A stretch of 64,000 nt of DNA from assembly GCA_963821525.1 (NCBI GenBank), contig CAWGED010000019.1:1046096-1110095 (forward strand), in the 5' to 3' direction. The stretch comes from an uncultured Gemmatimonadales bacterium. GTDB taxonomy: Bacteria; Gemmatimonadota; Gemmatimonadetes; Gemmatimonadales; GWC2-71-9. Under the pieces are notes generated by a model. The model was not told where the DNA came from. It did no database searches and saw only the letters and a list, made by a program, of their open reading frames with translations. A program made the translations under genes and the position numbers. The first letter of the stretch is position 1; each line of letters opens with the position of its first letter. Shown here one piece after another: positions 21,146-31,981 of the stretch.

Positions 21146-21742
21146 TCAGAGGCCCACGTTCGAGGCGCGAGTCACGTGGACGTCCATGAGAGCGTCGAGC
21201 AGGCCGATCCGTTCGCGGTAGAGGTTCAGCAGGGCGGTATCCCGCTCCCGGGCGCGAAGCAACTGCGCCATCTCGAGTTGCCGATCGATGCGGGCGATCT
21301 GGTCCTCCAGAGCTCCGGCCATGCCGTCGGTATGGCCGTCCGTGATGCGGCCATCGGAGTTAAACGACTCGAGGAGCTGCTCCAGTTGCCCTGACCGAGC
21401 CATGGCGTCGGAGAGGGCCGGGGAAAGCGTCTTCGAGGAAGCCGAGGCTCCGTGAAGCAGCAGCATCAAGGCGAGTCCTGCCGCAATGGCGAGTCCGCCG
21501 GTCGCCAGACGCCCAGTCCGGACCTGGCGTTCGGCCCGGAGCCGAGCTTCCACCGCCGGCCAGGAATCGCGGGAGGGTTTAAGAGTCGGCAGTGCCTTGA
21601 GGCGCGCTACCCTCTGCTCCAGGCGATCAGCCTCGCGGCGACATGCTTCGCACTCCGAGAGATGCTTCTCGGCCTCGGCCTGGCCGGGTTCGCGACCGGG
21701 CTCCCGCAGCCGAACCAGGGTATCGAGGTCAATGTGCGTCAT
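21146..21742 (-). CDS. Zinc-binding anti-sigma factor (HxxxCxxC) with TM helix
   Basis: 'HLSECEAC' then TM segment; directly downstream of ECF sigma. Confidence 0.8.
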   Translation of the reverse strand: MTHIDLDTLVRLREPGREPGQAEAEKHLSECEACRREADRLEQRVARLKALPTLKPSRDSWPAVEARLRAERQVRTGRLATGGLAIAAGLALMLLLHGASASSKTLSPALSDAMARSGQLEQLLESFNSDGRITDGHTDGMAGALEDQIARIDRQLEMAQLLRARERDTALLNLYRERIGLLDALMDVHVTRASNVGL

Positions 21743-22278
21743 ACCAGCGTCTCCTCCCCGAGCCAGCGGCGGAGGCGAGTATGTGCGCGCGCCAATTGCG
21801 ATTTCGAAAAGCTTACTGTCCTGCCCATCATCCCCGCGATTTCCTCGTGGGTGTATCCCTCGACATCGTGCAGCCACACCACCGCTCGTGAGGTTTCGGG
21901 CAAGCGCTCCAGTGCCGCTTCGAGATCCATGCGCAGCCCGTGGTCGGAGCGGGGGCCCTGATGAGCCTCGTCTTCCAGCTCATCGGTGTCCCGATACTTG
22001 TTCCGCCGGAGCCGCATCAGCGCCTTGCTCGCGGCAACCGTGCGAATCCAGCCCCAGAGACTCCCTTCGCCCCGATACTGCCGCAGGTTCCGGCAGACTT
22101 CGAAGAAGGTCTCCTGCATCACGTCCTCGGCATCTTCCGAGGTGCGGCAGATCCGCCGGGCCAGGTTGTAGACTGGCGTCTCGAAGGCGCGATAGAGCTC
22201 CTCCAGCGCGGCGACATCGCCGGCCCGGGCTTGGGCCAGGACTACTTCTGCGTTGGGGAGGGGGATGGCATCGGCCAT
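21739..22278 (-). CDS. ECF RNA polymerase sigma factor
   Basis: 'DAEDVMQETF', 'LHDVEGYTHEEIA', 'SKSQLARA'. Confidence 0.9.
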   Translation of the reverse strand: MADAIPLPNAEVVLAQARAGDVAALEELYRAFETPVYNLARRICRTSEDAEDVMQETFFEVCRNLRQYRGEGSLWGWIRTVAASKALMRLRRNKYRDTDELEDEAHQGPRSDHGLRMDLEAALERLPETSRAVVWLHDVEGYTHEEIAGMMGRTVSFSKSQLARAHTRLRRWLGEETLV

Positions 22279-22404
22279 GGTGCCGATAAAGATGCGGGAA
22301 TCGGGCCTACAGTTGCAGGGAGGGAGGGCCCGAGGATCGGTCCATTCGGCGCCGCAAAGCAACAGCGGAGGTCAGAGAGTCGGGCTCACCTCTAACCTCC
22401 GCTG

Positions 22405-23824
22405 TTACAATAATTTACCTACTACAAGTGATCGCATGCTGCGGCCTCCAGACACATTCAGTCGACCCGCACCGAATACCTTGGCCGGTCCGATGATGTC
22501 GGCGTTGGCGCGAATGCACTCCTCGATCTGGATCGGCCTGACTCGACCCGGAAGCTGGGATTCGACGACCGCCGCCGCCGCTGCCACATGGGGCGCGGCC
22601 TCGCTGGTGCCTGCCGCGAGGAGGTAGTCGCTGGTGCTGCAATCGAAAGGCAGCGTCAGCTGGAAGTGGCTGCAGGGGCCCAACACGAGATCAACTTGGT
22701 CACCCCCGGGGAGTAAGTCACCGCCAGGGGCGAACAGATCCACGCCAGAGTCGGCCGAAGTTGGAGTAGCTCGCCAGCATGTCGAAATTCTGCTGGTTGA
22801 ACGGCGCTGTCGCTCCCACGCTCATAACGCCCTTAATCTGAGCCGGGATAGGAGATCAGGTTGCCGTCCTCATTGAGATTGGCACCGTCATTCCCCGCCG
22901 AGGCAACGACGACGACGCCCTTGTCGCGGGCGAATGCCACGGCGCGAGTGAGCACCTTAATCAGCCCCTCGACGCCGGGAAGGGTTTTATCGATGTACGA
23001 CCCGAGACTCATGTTGATCACACCAGCGCCGCTCTGGGCCGCCAGCACGATGCCGGTGATGATGTCTCCGAAACTGCCGGAGCCGGTCACCCGCAGCACC
23101 TTGATGGAGCAGAGCCGGGCGTCAGGCGCGACTGACGCGACGCCGATGCCGTTGGTCGCGATGAATCCGGCGGAAAGCGTACCGTGGCCGTTGTGGTCCA
23201 GCGGATCCAGGTCACCCGGGAAGACTGGGGTGCTGATCACGGAGGTCATGAGGTCGACCCGGCCGGCGATGTCGATATGGTCGGGATCGATACCGGTGTC
23301 GAGGACGCAGACCGTCCTGCCCGCCGCCACCGTTAGAGGCGCCCCAGGCCTGATCGGCGTGCGACCTGGCGAATGTTCCACTGGAATGGGAAGAATGCAG
23401 CGTCGCTCTGATCCGTCCCTGAAGCGACCGGATTCGGAAGTGACGACAACTGCAGCTTGGCGTCCTGAGGAGCCGGGATCCATTGCAGGATCAGATCGCG
23501 ATCGACCCGGGAGACACCAGTGGTCTTGCTGAGCGAGACAGCCGCCGCGTCGGTCAGGCCGGTAACCTCCGCCTCACCGATCATCTTCTGACGCCGAACA
23601 ATGGTGCCGCCGAGTGCCTTCACCGACTTCGCGAAGGAGGCTGGCTCGGTGGTCTTGAAGGTGACGACGTGGCGATCGCTGGGAGTAACTGAGGCGGGGA
23701 GCTGCGGTGCAGGAGCACGGGACATCGATTCATTGCTAGGAGTCATGGACTCATCGACGCAGGCGGCGGCAATGAGTACCGTCGCCGCTGCAAGCGCGGG
23801 ACGCACAGAAAGTCGCGAGAACAT
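22405..23824 (-). CDS. S8 subtilisin-like serine peptidase lipoprotein, several frameshifts
   Basis: Lipobox AAAC, I9-like prodomain; triad 'LDTG', 'HGT', 'GTSEAAPHV'; 'SAGND' oxyanion motif. Confidence 0.85.
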
Positions 23825-23929
23825 GGGGCCTTTGTGGTGGGAGATGCGACAACTTGCCGGGCACAGGAAAACCCGTCAAGAGCGGCATTCACGCCACAGC
23901 GAGTATGGTATGGGAGTTATACTGGTTGC

Positions 23930-25073
23930 ATGACTGCGACACGCCCGCCCCAAGCTTCGATGCCCGCACCCCACCTGTGGCTTCATCACCTCCAGGATGA
24001 GGCCGACGCGGCATTTCTGTATCGGGAGCTGGCCAAGGCAGAGCAGGATCCGCGGAGAGCCGCCCTCTACGATGGATTAGCCACCGTCGAGGACCGACAC
24101 GTAGCGGTTTGGCACAAACTGCTGGAAGACCACGGCCACCCAATCCCCTCCATTCGACCCTCGCGCCGGGCCCGGGTGATGAGTTGGGCGGCTCGGCGGT
24201 TTGGACCAGGGTTCCTTCTCCCGATGCTGCTCGAGGAAGAGGGCCGTGAGGTAAAAAGCTATCTCCGACTCTCGCATCAGAGCGCCGAGGAGGATGCCCG
24301 CAGTGCAGCGCTGCGCCTGGCCCGTGAGTCGGCGGAGCATGCAGGATCGCTTGCCGGGCTGAGCGGAGCCGCGGGGGAGCCTTGGCACAAGACCGGGGCG
24401 GGCGGCCTGCTCCGCAATCTGGTCTACGGCTTCAACGATGGCCTGACCGCCAACTTTGGCCTCGTCGCTGGAATGCTGGGCGCGCAGGGGCACCTCAACA
24501 TCTCGGGACATGCGGTGGTGGTTGCGGGGATCGCGGGGATGGTGGCGGATGCGCTCTCGATGGGTTCCTCCGGATACCTCGCCGCCAAGAGCGAGCGGGA
24601 GGTGTTCGAGCACGAGATCGCGATGGAGCGGGAGGAGATCCGCCTGATGCCCGAGCTGGAGCAGGAGGAGCTGACCCTGCTCTATCAGGCGAAGGGGGTC
24701 CCGGAGGAGCAGGCGAAGGAAATGGCCGCCCAGCTCATGCTGGACCCGGAGCGCGCACTCGAGGAGCAGGTCCGGGAAGAGCTGAAGATCGGTGAGGCTA
24801 ATTCACACGCCGTTGCGCGAGGGGTGGATCACCGGAGTCTCGACCGCCTTCGGCGCCTTCATCCCGGTGGCACCGTTTCTCGTGAGCACCGGCCCGGGCG
24901 CGATCTGGACCTCACTCGCGGTATCCATGACGGCTCACTTCGGGGTCGGCGCCGCTCGCAGCTTTTTCACCGGCCGGGGAGTCATCCGCAGCGGCTTGGA
25001 CATGTTCGTGGTGGGGTTGGGTGTGGCCGGAGTGGGATACCTGGTGGGGGAGTGGATCACGAAGCTGCTGTAG
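23930..25073 (+). CDS. VIT1/CCC1 transporter with N-terminal ferritin/rubrerythrin-like domain; frameshift near 24800
   Basis: 'DEADAA..Y', 'E.RH'; 'LRNLVYGFNDGL', 'ALSMG', C-terminal TMs in ORF 24792. Confidence 0.85.
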
Positions 25074-25104
25074 AACTCACCCGCTGGAGCCTCTTCGCTG
25101 ACCA

Positions 25105-25616
25105 TAGCCTCACCCCCTGACCCCCTCTCCGTGAAACGGAGAGGGGGGACGGCGATTCAGGAATGTGCTGATCAACGATCTCAGCCGCGCCCGACTCAGC
25201 TCGGATCCCCTGATCCGAAGCGTTTCAATTCCTTGATCCGCAAGAACTCGATCGCGGAACGCGTCGTACTCCGCCTGCTCCCGCTTCCGGTGTATGGGCC
25301 CATCAAGTTCCACCGCGAGCCGCAGCTCAGCACAGTAGAAGTCCAGGATGAACCCCCGGAAAAGGTGTTGTCGTCGGAACTTTAGGCCGAGACATCGTCG
25401 ATTTCGCAAGATCTCCCAGACATAGCGCTCTCCGAGAGTGGGAGATTTTCGGAGCTCCCGGACTCGCAGCCGCTTCCAACTTCGAAGGATCCATCGACCC
25501 ATGCCCCACTATGCTGGTTTCCGTGGAGATCGCACTCACGAATTTTCCGCGGCTCGAGTCCCTAAAATGCGTTCCCCCTCTCCGCCACGCGGAGAGGGGG
25601 ACAGGGGGTGAGGCTA
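25105..25616. mobile_element. Putative small element: DUF559 nuclease gene between 46-bp inverted REP-like repeats
   Basis: 25105-25150 nearly matches the reverse complement of 25571-25616; each carries hairpin CCCCCTCTCCG-loop-CGGAGAGGGGG; TA at both outer ends. Confidence 0.6.
25110..25502 (-). CDS. DUF559 / Vsr-like endonuclease
   Basis: 'RELRK..T.GE..VW..LR', 'KFRRQH', 'FILDFYC', 'VELDG..H', 'D..RD..L'. Confidence 0.9.
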   Translation of the reverse strand: MGRWILRSWKRLRVRELRKSPTLGERYVWEILRNRRCLGLKFRRQHLFRGFILDFYCAELRLAVELDGPIHRKREQAEYDAFRDRVLADQGIETLRIRGSELSRARLRSLISTFLNRRPPSPFHGEGVRG

Positions 25617-25667
25617 GACGGATCAGGAGAAAGGACGAACCGGGAGGGAGCAGAGCGGAACGAGACC

Positions 25668-26777
25668 TTATGGCTCGAGAAACTTCTGCCCTATCGTAGT
25701 TCCCGCCGAGATGAAAGTCTCGTCGCTATTGATCAGGATGGCGACGACCAGGCGCTCCTTGGGACACAGCAGCAGGTGCGCGGTGCCTCCCATGCTCCCG
25801 CCGGTGTGGCTGATCCATTCCCGCCCGTCCGTGGTTCGCAGCGTCCCCCAGCCCATGCCGTAATCGGTGGCCTTCCCGTCCGAGGTGCGTTGCGGGGTCC
25901 ACAGCATCTTCACGGTCGCGGGCTTGAGGAGGGTACCCTCGAGCATCACCTCTCCAAACTGGGCGAGATCCTCGGTTGTTGAGAGGAAGCCGCCCCCAGC
26001 CCACTTGTAACTGTTATCCACGTATCGCGCGTTGAGCATCCCGCCGTTGGAATCGGGCCGCTCGTAGAACCGGGCTCGGAACGGAATGAGGCTGTCGGGA
26101 AACTCCGCCACGGTGTGGGTCATGCCCGCTGGGCCGAAAACCCGGTTGGACATGAAGGTGAGGAACGGTTGGCCGCTGGCGCCTTCGATGACCGCGGCAA
26201 TGAGATTCCACCCATAGGACGAGTAGGAGTACTTGGTGCCCGGCTGGAAGAGGAGCGTATCGTCCTGAAAAATCTTGAGGCCCTCGAGCACCGTCGCATA
26301 GTGCTTCTGGTTCTCGAACTCGCCCTCCTTGTAGTGCCGGATCCCCGCGAGGTGACCCGCCAGTTGACGGGTGGTAATGGGCCACGGTTTCTGGGGGAAC
26401 GAAGGCACGTATTTCTGGATTGGCGCGTCGAGGTCGAGCTTGTGCTCCTCCACCAGCAGGCCCAGAGCGGCAGAAGTGAGCGGCTTTGAAACACTGCCGA
26501 CCCGGAAGCGGGTAAGCGGCGTCGCCGGAACCTGCTGTTCCAGATCAGCCATGCCGAAGCCTTCGCTCCAGATCACATGGCCATCCTTGACGACGGTGAT
26601 CGAGGCTCCGGGTGCGCCGAGGACGCGCATCGTGTCGCGAATGAACTGCCGGGTCCACTCGATTGCCTTCTCATAGCGGACGGGGGCTCCCATGACGGCG
26701 GGAACCGGCGCCGGCGTTTGAGCCACGGCAGGAGAGGCAACGCAAAGCAGTCCCAACCATAGAATCGGGCGACGCAT
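25668..26777 (-). CDS. Serine hydrolase, beta-lactamase/class C-like family
   Basis: SxxK 'SVSK', 'YSS', 'HTG'; signal peptide. Confidence 0.9.
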   Translation of the reverse strand: MRRPILWLGLLCVASPAVAQTPAPVPAVMGAPVRYEKAIEWTRQFIRDTMRVLGAPGASITVVKDGHVIWSEGFGMADLEQQVPATPLTRFRVGSVSKPLTSAALGLLVEEHKLDLDAPIQKYVPSFPQKPWPITTRQLAGHLAGIRHYKEGEFENQKHYATVLEGLKIFQDDTLLFQPGTKYSYSSYGWNLIAAVIEGASGQPFLTFMSNRVFGPAGMTHTVAEFPDSLIPFRARFYERPDSNGGMLNARYVDNSYKWAGGGFLSTTEDLAQFGEVMLEGTLLKPATVKMLWTPQRTSDGKATDYGMGWGTLRTTDGREWISHTGGSMGGTAHLLLCPKERLVVAILINSDETFISAGTTIGQKFLEP

Positions 26778-26814
26778 CAGGGCTCCCGGATGGACTTGTA
26801 CTCGGAGACTTCCG

Positions 26815-29280
26815 TTAGACCACGAGATTCAGCAGGCGGTTCGGAACGTAGATGACCTTTCGCAGGGGCTTGTTGTCCACGAAGCGCGCGGTAGTCGGAT
26901 CCTTCAGCGCGATTGCCACGACAGCCTTCTCCTCGGCGCCCTGAGGGATGCGGATCTTCGACCGGGTCTTTCCGTTGACCTGAACCGGGATCTCGATCTC
27001 ATCCTCGACGATGAGACGGTCTTCCCAGACGGGCCAGCGAGCCTCGAACACCGACGCACCATGGCCCAGCCGCTCCCATGACTCCTCCGCGAAGTGCGGC
27101 GCGTAGGGGGCGAGCATGATCACCAGGTCTTCGATGATCGCGAGCGAGTGCGACTCTGCCTCCTTCATCGCGTTCACCAGCTCCATGAGAGCGGAAATCG
27201 CGGTGTTGTAGTGCAGCGCCTCGAGATCTTCGGTCACCTTCCGCTTGGTCCGATGCCAGCGGGCGACCAGATCCCTGGGCAGCTCCGTTTCGATCGCGGC
27301 GCTGCCCACCAACCCCCAGACCCGATCGAGGAAGCGACGCGGACCGTTGATGCCGGCGTCGCGGAAGTCGCCTCCCTCCTGGAAGGGCCCCAGGAACATG
27401 AGGTACATCCGGAAGGTGTCGGCTCCCCACTGGGAGATGTACTGGTCGGGCACCACGATGTTGCCTTTGGTCTTCGACATCTTGGCCCCGTCCTTCACGA
27501 TCAGGCCATGAGCCCGGAACCGGGCGAACGGCTCCTCGAACTGAAGGTGGCCAAGGTCGTGCAGCACCATCGTCATGAAGCGGGAGTAGAGCAGGTGCAG
27601 CACCGCGTGCTCGTTGCCGCCGATGTACGTGGTGACCGGGCACCAGGTCCTGGTCCGGGCCGGATCGAAGGGACGATCCTCGAACTCGGTACTGGGGTAA
27701 CGCAGGAAGTACCACGACGAATCGAGGAAGGTGTCCGACACGTCGGTCTCGCGGCGACCCTTCTTCCCGCACTTGGGGCAGGGGACGTAGTACCACTCGT
27801 CATGCCGCGCGAGAGGTGAGATGCCGGAATCGTCGGGACGGAAATCCTCAATCGGCGGCAGCAGTACGGGAAGGTCCTTTTCCGGGACCGGTACCGGGCC
27901 GCAGTCGTCGCAGTAGATGATGGGGATCGGGGGACCCCAGTAGCGCTGCCGGGAGATGCACCAGTCATGCAGGCGATACTGGACTCTCCCGCTGCCCTTA
28001 CCGTTCGCGATCAGCCAGTCGATGATGGCCCGCTTGCCTTGCTCGGCGGGCAGGCCGTCGAACTGGCCGGAGTTCACCAGCCGGTGTCCTTCTTCGCCGG
28101 GCTCAGCCAGCTCCACCGGATTGGCGGCAGATTCGCCTTCCTTGGCCAGCACTCTCACGATCTCGAGTCCATACTTCTTCGCGAACTCGAAGTCCCGCTC
28201 ATCGTGAGCCGGCACCGCCATGATGGCGCCCGTCCCATACTCCATCAGGACGTAGTCGGCGATCCACACAGGCACCGGTTTCCCGGTGGCGGGGTTTATC
28301 GCGGATGAACCGAGGAAGACACCGGTCTTCTCCCGGTCTCCCACCTTGCGACTCACCAGGTCCTTCCCCGCAGCCGCCTTTACGTAGGCCTCGACCTCGG
28401 CCTTCCGATCAGGGGTGGTGAGATGCCTGACCATGGGATGCTCGGGCGCCAGCACCATGAAGGTGGCGCCGAAGAGAGTGTCAGGGCGGGTGGTAAAAAC
28501 CGTGATTGCGAGTGGCGTGGAGGCGACGGGCGACGGGGCGACGGGTCTGCTATCACCTGTCGTTACCGGAAATGCGATCTCCGCCCCTTCCGAGCGGCCG
28601 ATCCAGTTCCGCTGCGCGGTCCGCGTCGTCTCCGACCAGTCGATCGTGTCCAGGTTCTTCAGCAGCCGTTCGGCGTACTCGGTGATCCGGAAAAACCACT
28701 GCTCCAGGAATCGCTGCTCGACCAGCGCCCCGCAGCGTTCGCAGCGCCCGTTCTCGACCTGTTCGTTGGCGAGCACCGTCTTGTCGTTGGGGCACCAGTT
28801 GACGGCCGCGCGCTTCTTGTAGGCCTTGCCCGCCTTGAAGAGCTGCAGGAAGAGCCACTGGGTCCACTTGTAGTAGTCGGGATCGGTGGTGGAGACCTCG
28901 TGACGCCAATCGAACATCCCGCCGATCCGCTCCAGCTGGCGCCGGAAATTCGCGATATTCTGGGGAATCAGCTTGGCCGGATGAATCCCGATCTTGATCG
29001 CGTGATTCTCGCTGTGGATGCCGAAGGCATCGAACCCGATCGGTTCGAATACGTCGTAACCCTGCAGCCGCTTGAACCGCCCGAACACGTCGCTGCCGGT
29101 GAAGGCGAACATGTTCCCCACGTGCAGTCCTTCCGCCGAGGGGTAGGGGAACATCATCAGGTTGAAGAAGGGCGTAGCCGGATGGTCGAGATCGGGCTGG
29201 TTGGTGCCCTTCTCGGCCCACCGGGCACGCCACTTGGCCTCGACGACGTCGGGCTGGTAGGTCGGTGCGTCTACGGTCAT
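26815..29280 (-). CDS. leuS: Leucine--tRNA ligase
   Basis: 'MFPYPS.EGLHVGN', 'FTTRPDT', '[15 protein letters not shown]', 'SRQRYWG', KMSKT, 'VQVNGK'. Confidence 0.98.
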   Translation of the reverse strand: MTVDAPTYQPDVVEAKWRARWAEKGTNQPDLDHPATPFFNLMMFPYPSAEGLHVGNMFAFTGSDVFGRFKRLQGYDVFEPIGFDAFGIHSENHAIKIGIHPAKLIPQNIANFRRQLERIGGMFDWRHEVSTTDPDYYKWTQWLFLQLFKAGKAYKKRAAVNWCPNDKTVLANEQVENGRCERCGALVEQRFLEQWFFRITEYAERLLKNLDTIDWSETTRTAQRNWIGRSEGAEIAFPVTTGDSRPVAPSPVASTPLAITVFTTRPDTLFGATFMVLAPEHPMVRHLTTPDRKAEVEAYVKAAAGKDLVSRKVGDREKTGVFLGSSAINPATGKPVPVWIADYVLMEYGTGAIMAVPAHDERDFEFAKKYGLEIVRVLAKEGESAANPVELAEPGEEGHRLVNSGQFDGLPAEQGKRAIIDWLIANGKGSGRVQYRLHDWCISRQRYWGPPIPIIYCDDCGPVPVPEKDLPVLLPPIEDFRPDDSGISPLARHDEWYYVPCPKCGKKGRRETDVSDTFLDSSWYFLRYPSTEFEDRPFDPARTRTWCPVTTYIGGNEHAVLHLLYSRFMTMVLHDLGHLQFEEPFARFRAHGLIVKDGAKMSKTKGNIVVPDQYISQWGADTFRMYLMFLGPFQEGGDFRDAGINGPRRFLDRVWGLVGSAAIETELPRDLVARWHRTKRKVTEDLEALHYNTAISALMELVNAMKEAESHSLAIIEDLVIMLAPYAPHFAEESWERLGHGASVFEARWPVWEDRLIVEDEIEIPVQVNGKTRSKIRIPQGAEEKAVVAIALKDPTTARFVDNKPLRKVIYVPNRLLNLVV

Positions 29281-29392
29281 AGGGGCGGGAATTTACGCGG
29301 GAGAGGGGAGACGGGAGAAGGGAGACCTTTCCCTTTCCCCCCTCCCTGCCCTAACTTCCCCACCTCTCACCACTTACATCGCACGGAACTCT

Positions 29393-30694
29393 ATGGCCAT
29401 TGCGCGCCAGACGTTTATCCGCAACCTGCATCAGGTCGGGCTGTTGACCGTGGCAGCGCTGGGGATCGCCGACGCGGGGATTCTCTGGGTTCTGCTGCGC
29501 GGCGTGTCTGGCTTCAGTCCGTCCCAGGTCATCATCCTGGCCACCGCGGCGATCGTGATACTGGGAACCCTGGTGATGCTGTTCCTGGTCAGCTGGCTTA
29601 CCCGGGTGATTCTCCGGCCGGTATCCAACGCGGCCGCCGTAGCCGGCCGAGTCGCCGCGGGCGATCTCACCGCCCCTGAGTTCATCGCGCCGGGTGGCGC
29701 CAGTCAGGTGGACGCCCTCACCAACGCCGTCTCTGCGATGGTTACCGAGCTCCGGAGCCTGGTCGGTGCAATCCGGGGGAACGCGCAGGATGCAGCCGCC
29801 ATGGCGCAGGAGATTTCCAGCGCGACTGAAGAGATGAGCGCGTCTACCGAAGAGGTGTCGGGCACCTGCAACGATCTCACCGATCGGGCTACCCGGCAGG
29901 CGACACTGGTTCGGGCAGCGGCGGAAGACGCGGCCAAGATCCTCGCGATCGCGGAGGAGTTGGCCGCCAGCGCACTGGGGTCCGCCGAGCGCAATGCGGC
30001 GCTGGCCGAGCTGGCTCGGTCTCATAGAGAACAGCTGGACGAAAGCTCCGCCGAGCTGCAGCGGCTCGCGGAGGAGGTTGAGCGCGGCGCCGAGGAGGCG
30101 ACGGCGCTCGCGGCAGCCAGCGAAGAGATCGGGAAGTTCGTGACTCAGACGAAGGCCATCGCGCGGCAGACCCACATGCTGGCGCTCAACGCGGGAATCG
30201 AAGCCGCGCGGGCCGGCGAGGAAGGGCGGGGCTTCGCGGTGGTGGCGGAAGAAGTGCGAAAGCTGGCGGGTCAGGCAGCGCAGGCCGCCACTTCGACCAG
30301 CGATACGGTACGCGCCGTACAGACACGGGTCGAGGTGGCGCGGGACCGGCTGCTCCGTCTCGCCAAGGGAGGCCAAGCCGCACGGGAGGCCGCGGACACT
30401 GCGGCGCGGGGCCTATCGCGGGTTGCCAGCGATGCCGAAGCGAACGACAGCTGGACTCGGCAAATCTCCAAATCGGCGGACGAAGTTCGCGGGTTGATCG
30501 GCGGAATCGTCGGCAGAATGTCGGAAGTGTCCGGGGGCACCGAGGACGTGGCCGCGGCCGCCGAGGAGATCGCCGCTTCGTCTCAGGAGCTGAGCGCTTC
30601 GACCACCGAGATCGCCAATTCGGCACAGCAACTGGCGCACGCCGCGCAGGCGCTCTTTGGAGAGGTCAGCCGATTCAAGGTTGAAGCGCACTGA
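29393..30694 (+). CDS. Methyl-accepting chemotaxis protein (2 TM, HAMP, no periplasmic sensor)
   Basis: '[34 protein letters not shown]'. Confidence 0.95.
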   Translation: MAIARQTFIRNLHQVGLLTVAALGIADAGILWVLLRGVSGFSPSQVIILATAAIVILGTLVMLFLVSWLTRVILRPVSNAAAVAGRVAAGDLTAPEFIAPGGASQVDALTNAVSAMVTELRSLVGAIRGNAQDAAAMAQEISSATEEMSASTEEVSGTCNDLTDRATRQATLVRAAAEDAAKILAIAEELAASALGSAERNAALAELARSHREQLDESSAELQRLAEEVERGAEEATALAAASEEIGKFVTQTKAIARQTHMLALNAGIEAARAGEEGRGFAVVAEEVRKLAGQAAQAATSTSDTVRAVQTRVEVARDRLLRLAKGGQAAREAADTAARGLSRVASDAEANDSWTRQISKSADEVRGLIGGIVGRMSEVSGGTEDVAAAAEEIAASSQELSASTTEIANSAQQLAHAAQALFGEVSRFKVEAH

Positions 30695-31322
30695 CGATCC
30701 TGGCCTGAATCGCATCGAAGGATTCGGGCAGCGGATCGAGAGTAGCTCCTGCCGCAGCCGCTTCATGGTGGGTGACCAAGTCCAGAGCCAGCCCCCGCCC
30801 GGGCATGGACTCGGCCCGCTGCAACGCCCCGGCTGAAGCGGCTCCCATCACCAGCCACGAGGGAATCGGACTCCCGCCTTCGCCCCCCGCGAATACCAGA
30901 TCGAGTCCCCACTGGTCGGCCTGAACCGGAGAACGTCCCACCGAGGCGGTGACGTCGGCGATGAACAGCGCGCCGTTACGCCGAACAACCGGGGCGAGAT
31001 CCGCCAGCGGCATCAGTTCGTCCTGTTCATCTTCCTGCTGGACCACGGCGACTGCTTCGAACGCCGGGCTCCGAAGAAACCGATCCAGCCACTCGGGTCG
31101 CATTGCCTGCCCCGGCGATACGCAGGCCCGGGCGACCTCCCTTCCACACGCCTCTCCAATTCTCGCGTAGTGCTCGGCGCGACTTCCTGCGACAACCATG
31201 AGCATGCGCTGACGGACCAGGCTCCGCACCGCCAGCTCCATGAAGCGATCGACCGCACCCGGCAGGAGGATAACGGGCTGGGAGGTGCCGAGTAGCTCTC
31301 CGAACTTCGAGGTGGAGGTCAC
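30675..31322 (-). CDS. Short, degenerate class V (AGT/serine-pyruvate-like) aminotransferase homologue
   Basis: 'FMELAVRS', '[18 protein letters not shown]', 'G..LDL' fit the family; no PLP lysine at expected site. Confidence 0.65.
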   Translation of the reverse strand: MTSTSKFGELLGTSQPVILLPGAVDRFMELAVRSLVRQRMLMVVAGSRAEHYARIGEACGREVARACVSPGQAMRPEWLDRFLRSPAFEAVAVVQQEDEQDELMPLADLAPVVRRNGALFIADVTASVGRSPVQADQWGLDLVFAGGEGGSPIPSWLVMGAASAGALQRAESMPGRGLALDLVTHHEAAAAGATLDPLPESFDAIQARIVSALQP

Positions 31323-31981
31323 GCGGGCTCGAGCCAGGTGTCCAGCGTCCCTTCCGATACGATCTCCTCGGCTTTGACCAGCCGCACCCCCGCGTCTCCC
31401 CAATCCCGGAGCGCGTGCTCGCCCAACTCATAGCGTACCGCCTTTACGGCGTCGGTGACCACGAAGAGGCGAGCGTGGGGACGGCGAGCCAGCCAGCCCT
31501 CGACGACGTGGCGGACACAGATCTCGAGCGGAAGCCCGTAAACCACCACAGCCTCGGGATCGAACGCGCGAACCACGGTATCGGTGTTGGGGTTGCTGAA
31601 CACGTCGAAGTGACGCTTCAGAATCAACAAGTCGCCGGAGTGACGGCTCAGCCCGAGCCGCAGGACCTCGGGCTCCTGCCGTTCGAAGCCGATTGCCAGC
31701 GCATCGCGGAGCGTTGTCTCCGGGATCTTCTGCTGTCCCGGCGTTCCCCGGACACAGTGTGGCGGCCAGGTTGTTTCGAAGTCGGGCTGATCGCTGAACT
31801 CGGCATCGCCGGGGAGATGTTCCTCGGCGCTGGCGACGATGCGAATCCCGTTGGCGCGGGCGTAATCGGTGAGCGCGGCCAGGCGGGGCACGATCGCCTC
31901 GGCCCGGGGGACGTGCAGCTTCCCGTCGGGAGAGATGAAGTCGTATTGGGTATCAACATCCCAGAAAAGGAGTCGGTTCAC
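31319..31981 (-). CDS. Isochorismatase/nicotinamidase family cysteine hydrolase
   Basis: 'DVDTQYDF', 'WPPHC', 'K..FDVFSN', 'EICV', 'VTDAV'. Confidence 0.85.
   Translation of the reverse strand: MNRLLFWDVDTQYDFISPDGKLHVPRAEAIVPRLAALTDYARANGIRIVASAEEHLPGDAEFSDQPDFETTWPPHCVRGTPGQQKIPETTLRDALAIGFERQEPEVLRLGLSRHSGDLLILKRHFDVFSNPNTDTVVRAFDPEAVVVYGLPLEICVRHVVEGWLARRPHARLFVVTDAVKAVRYELGEHALRDWGDAGVRLVKAEEIVSEGTLDTWLEPA

Noticed and set aside
22590..22620. Inactive subtilase because of GTSE instead of GTSM
   Set aside because: Catalytic Asp, His, Ser and the oxyanion Asn are all present
25668..26777. Antibiotic-resistance beta-lactamase
   Set aside because: Motifs fit the broad serine hydrolase family; no evidence for beta-lactam specificity
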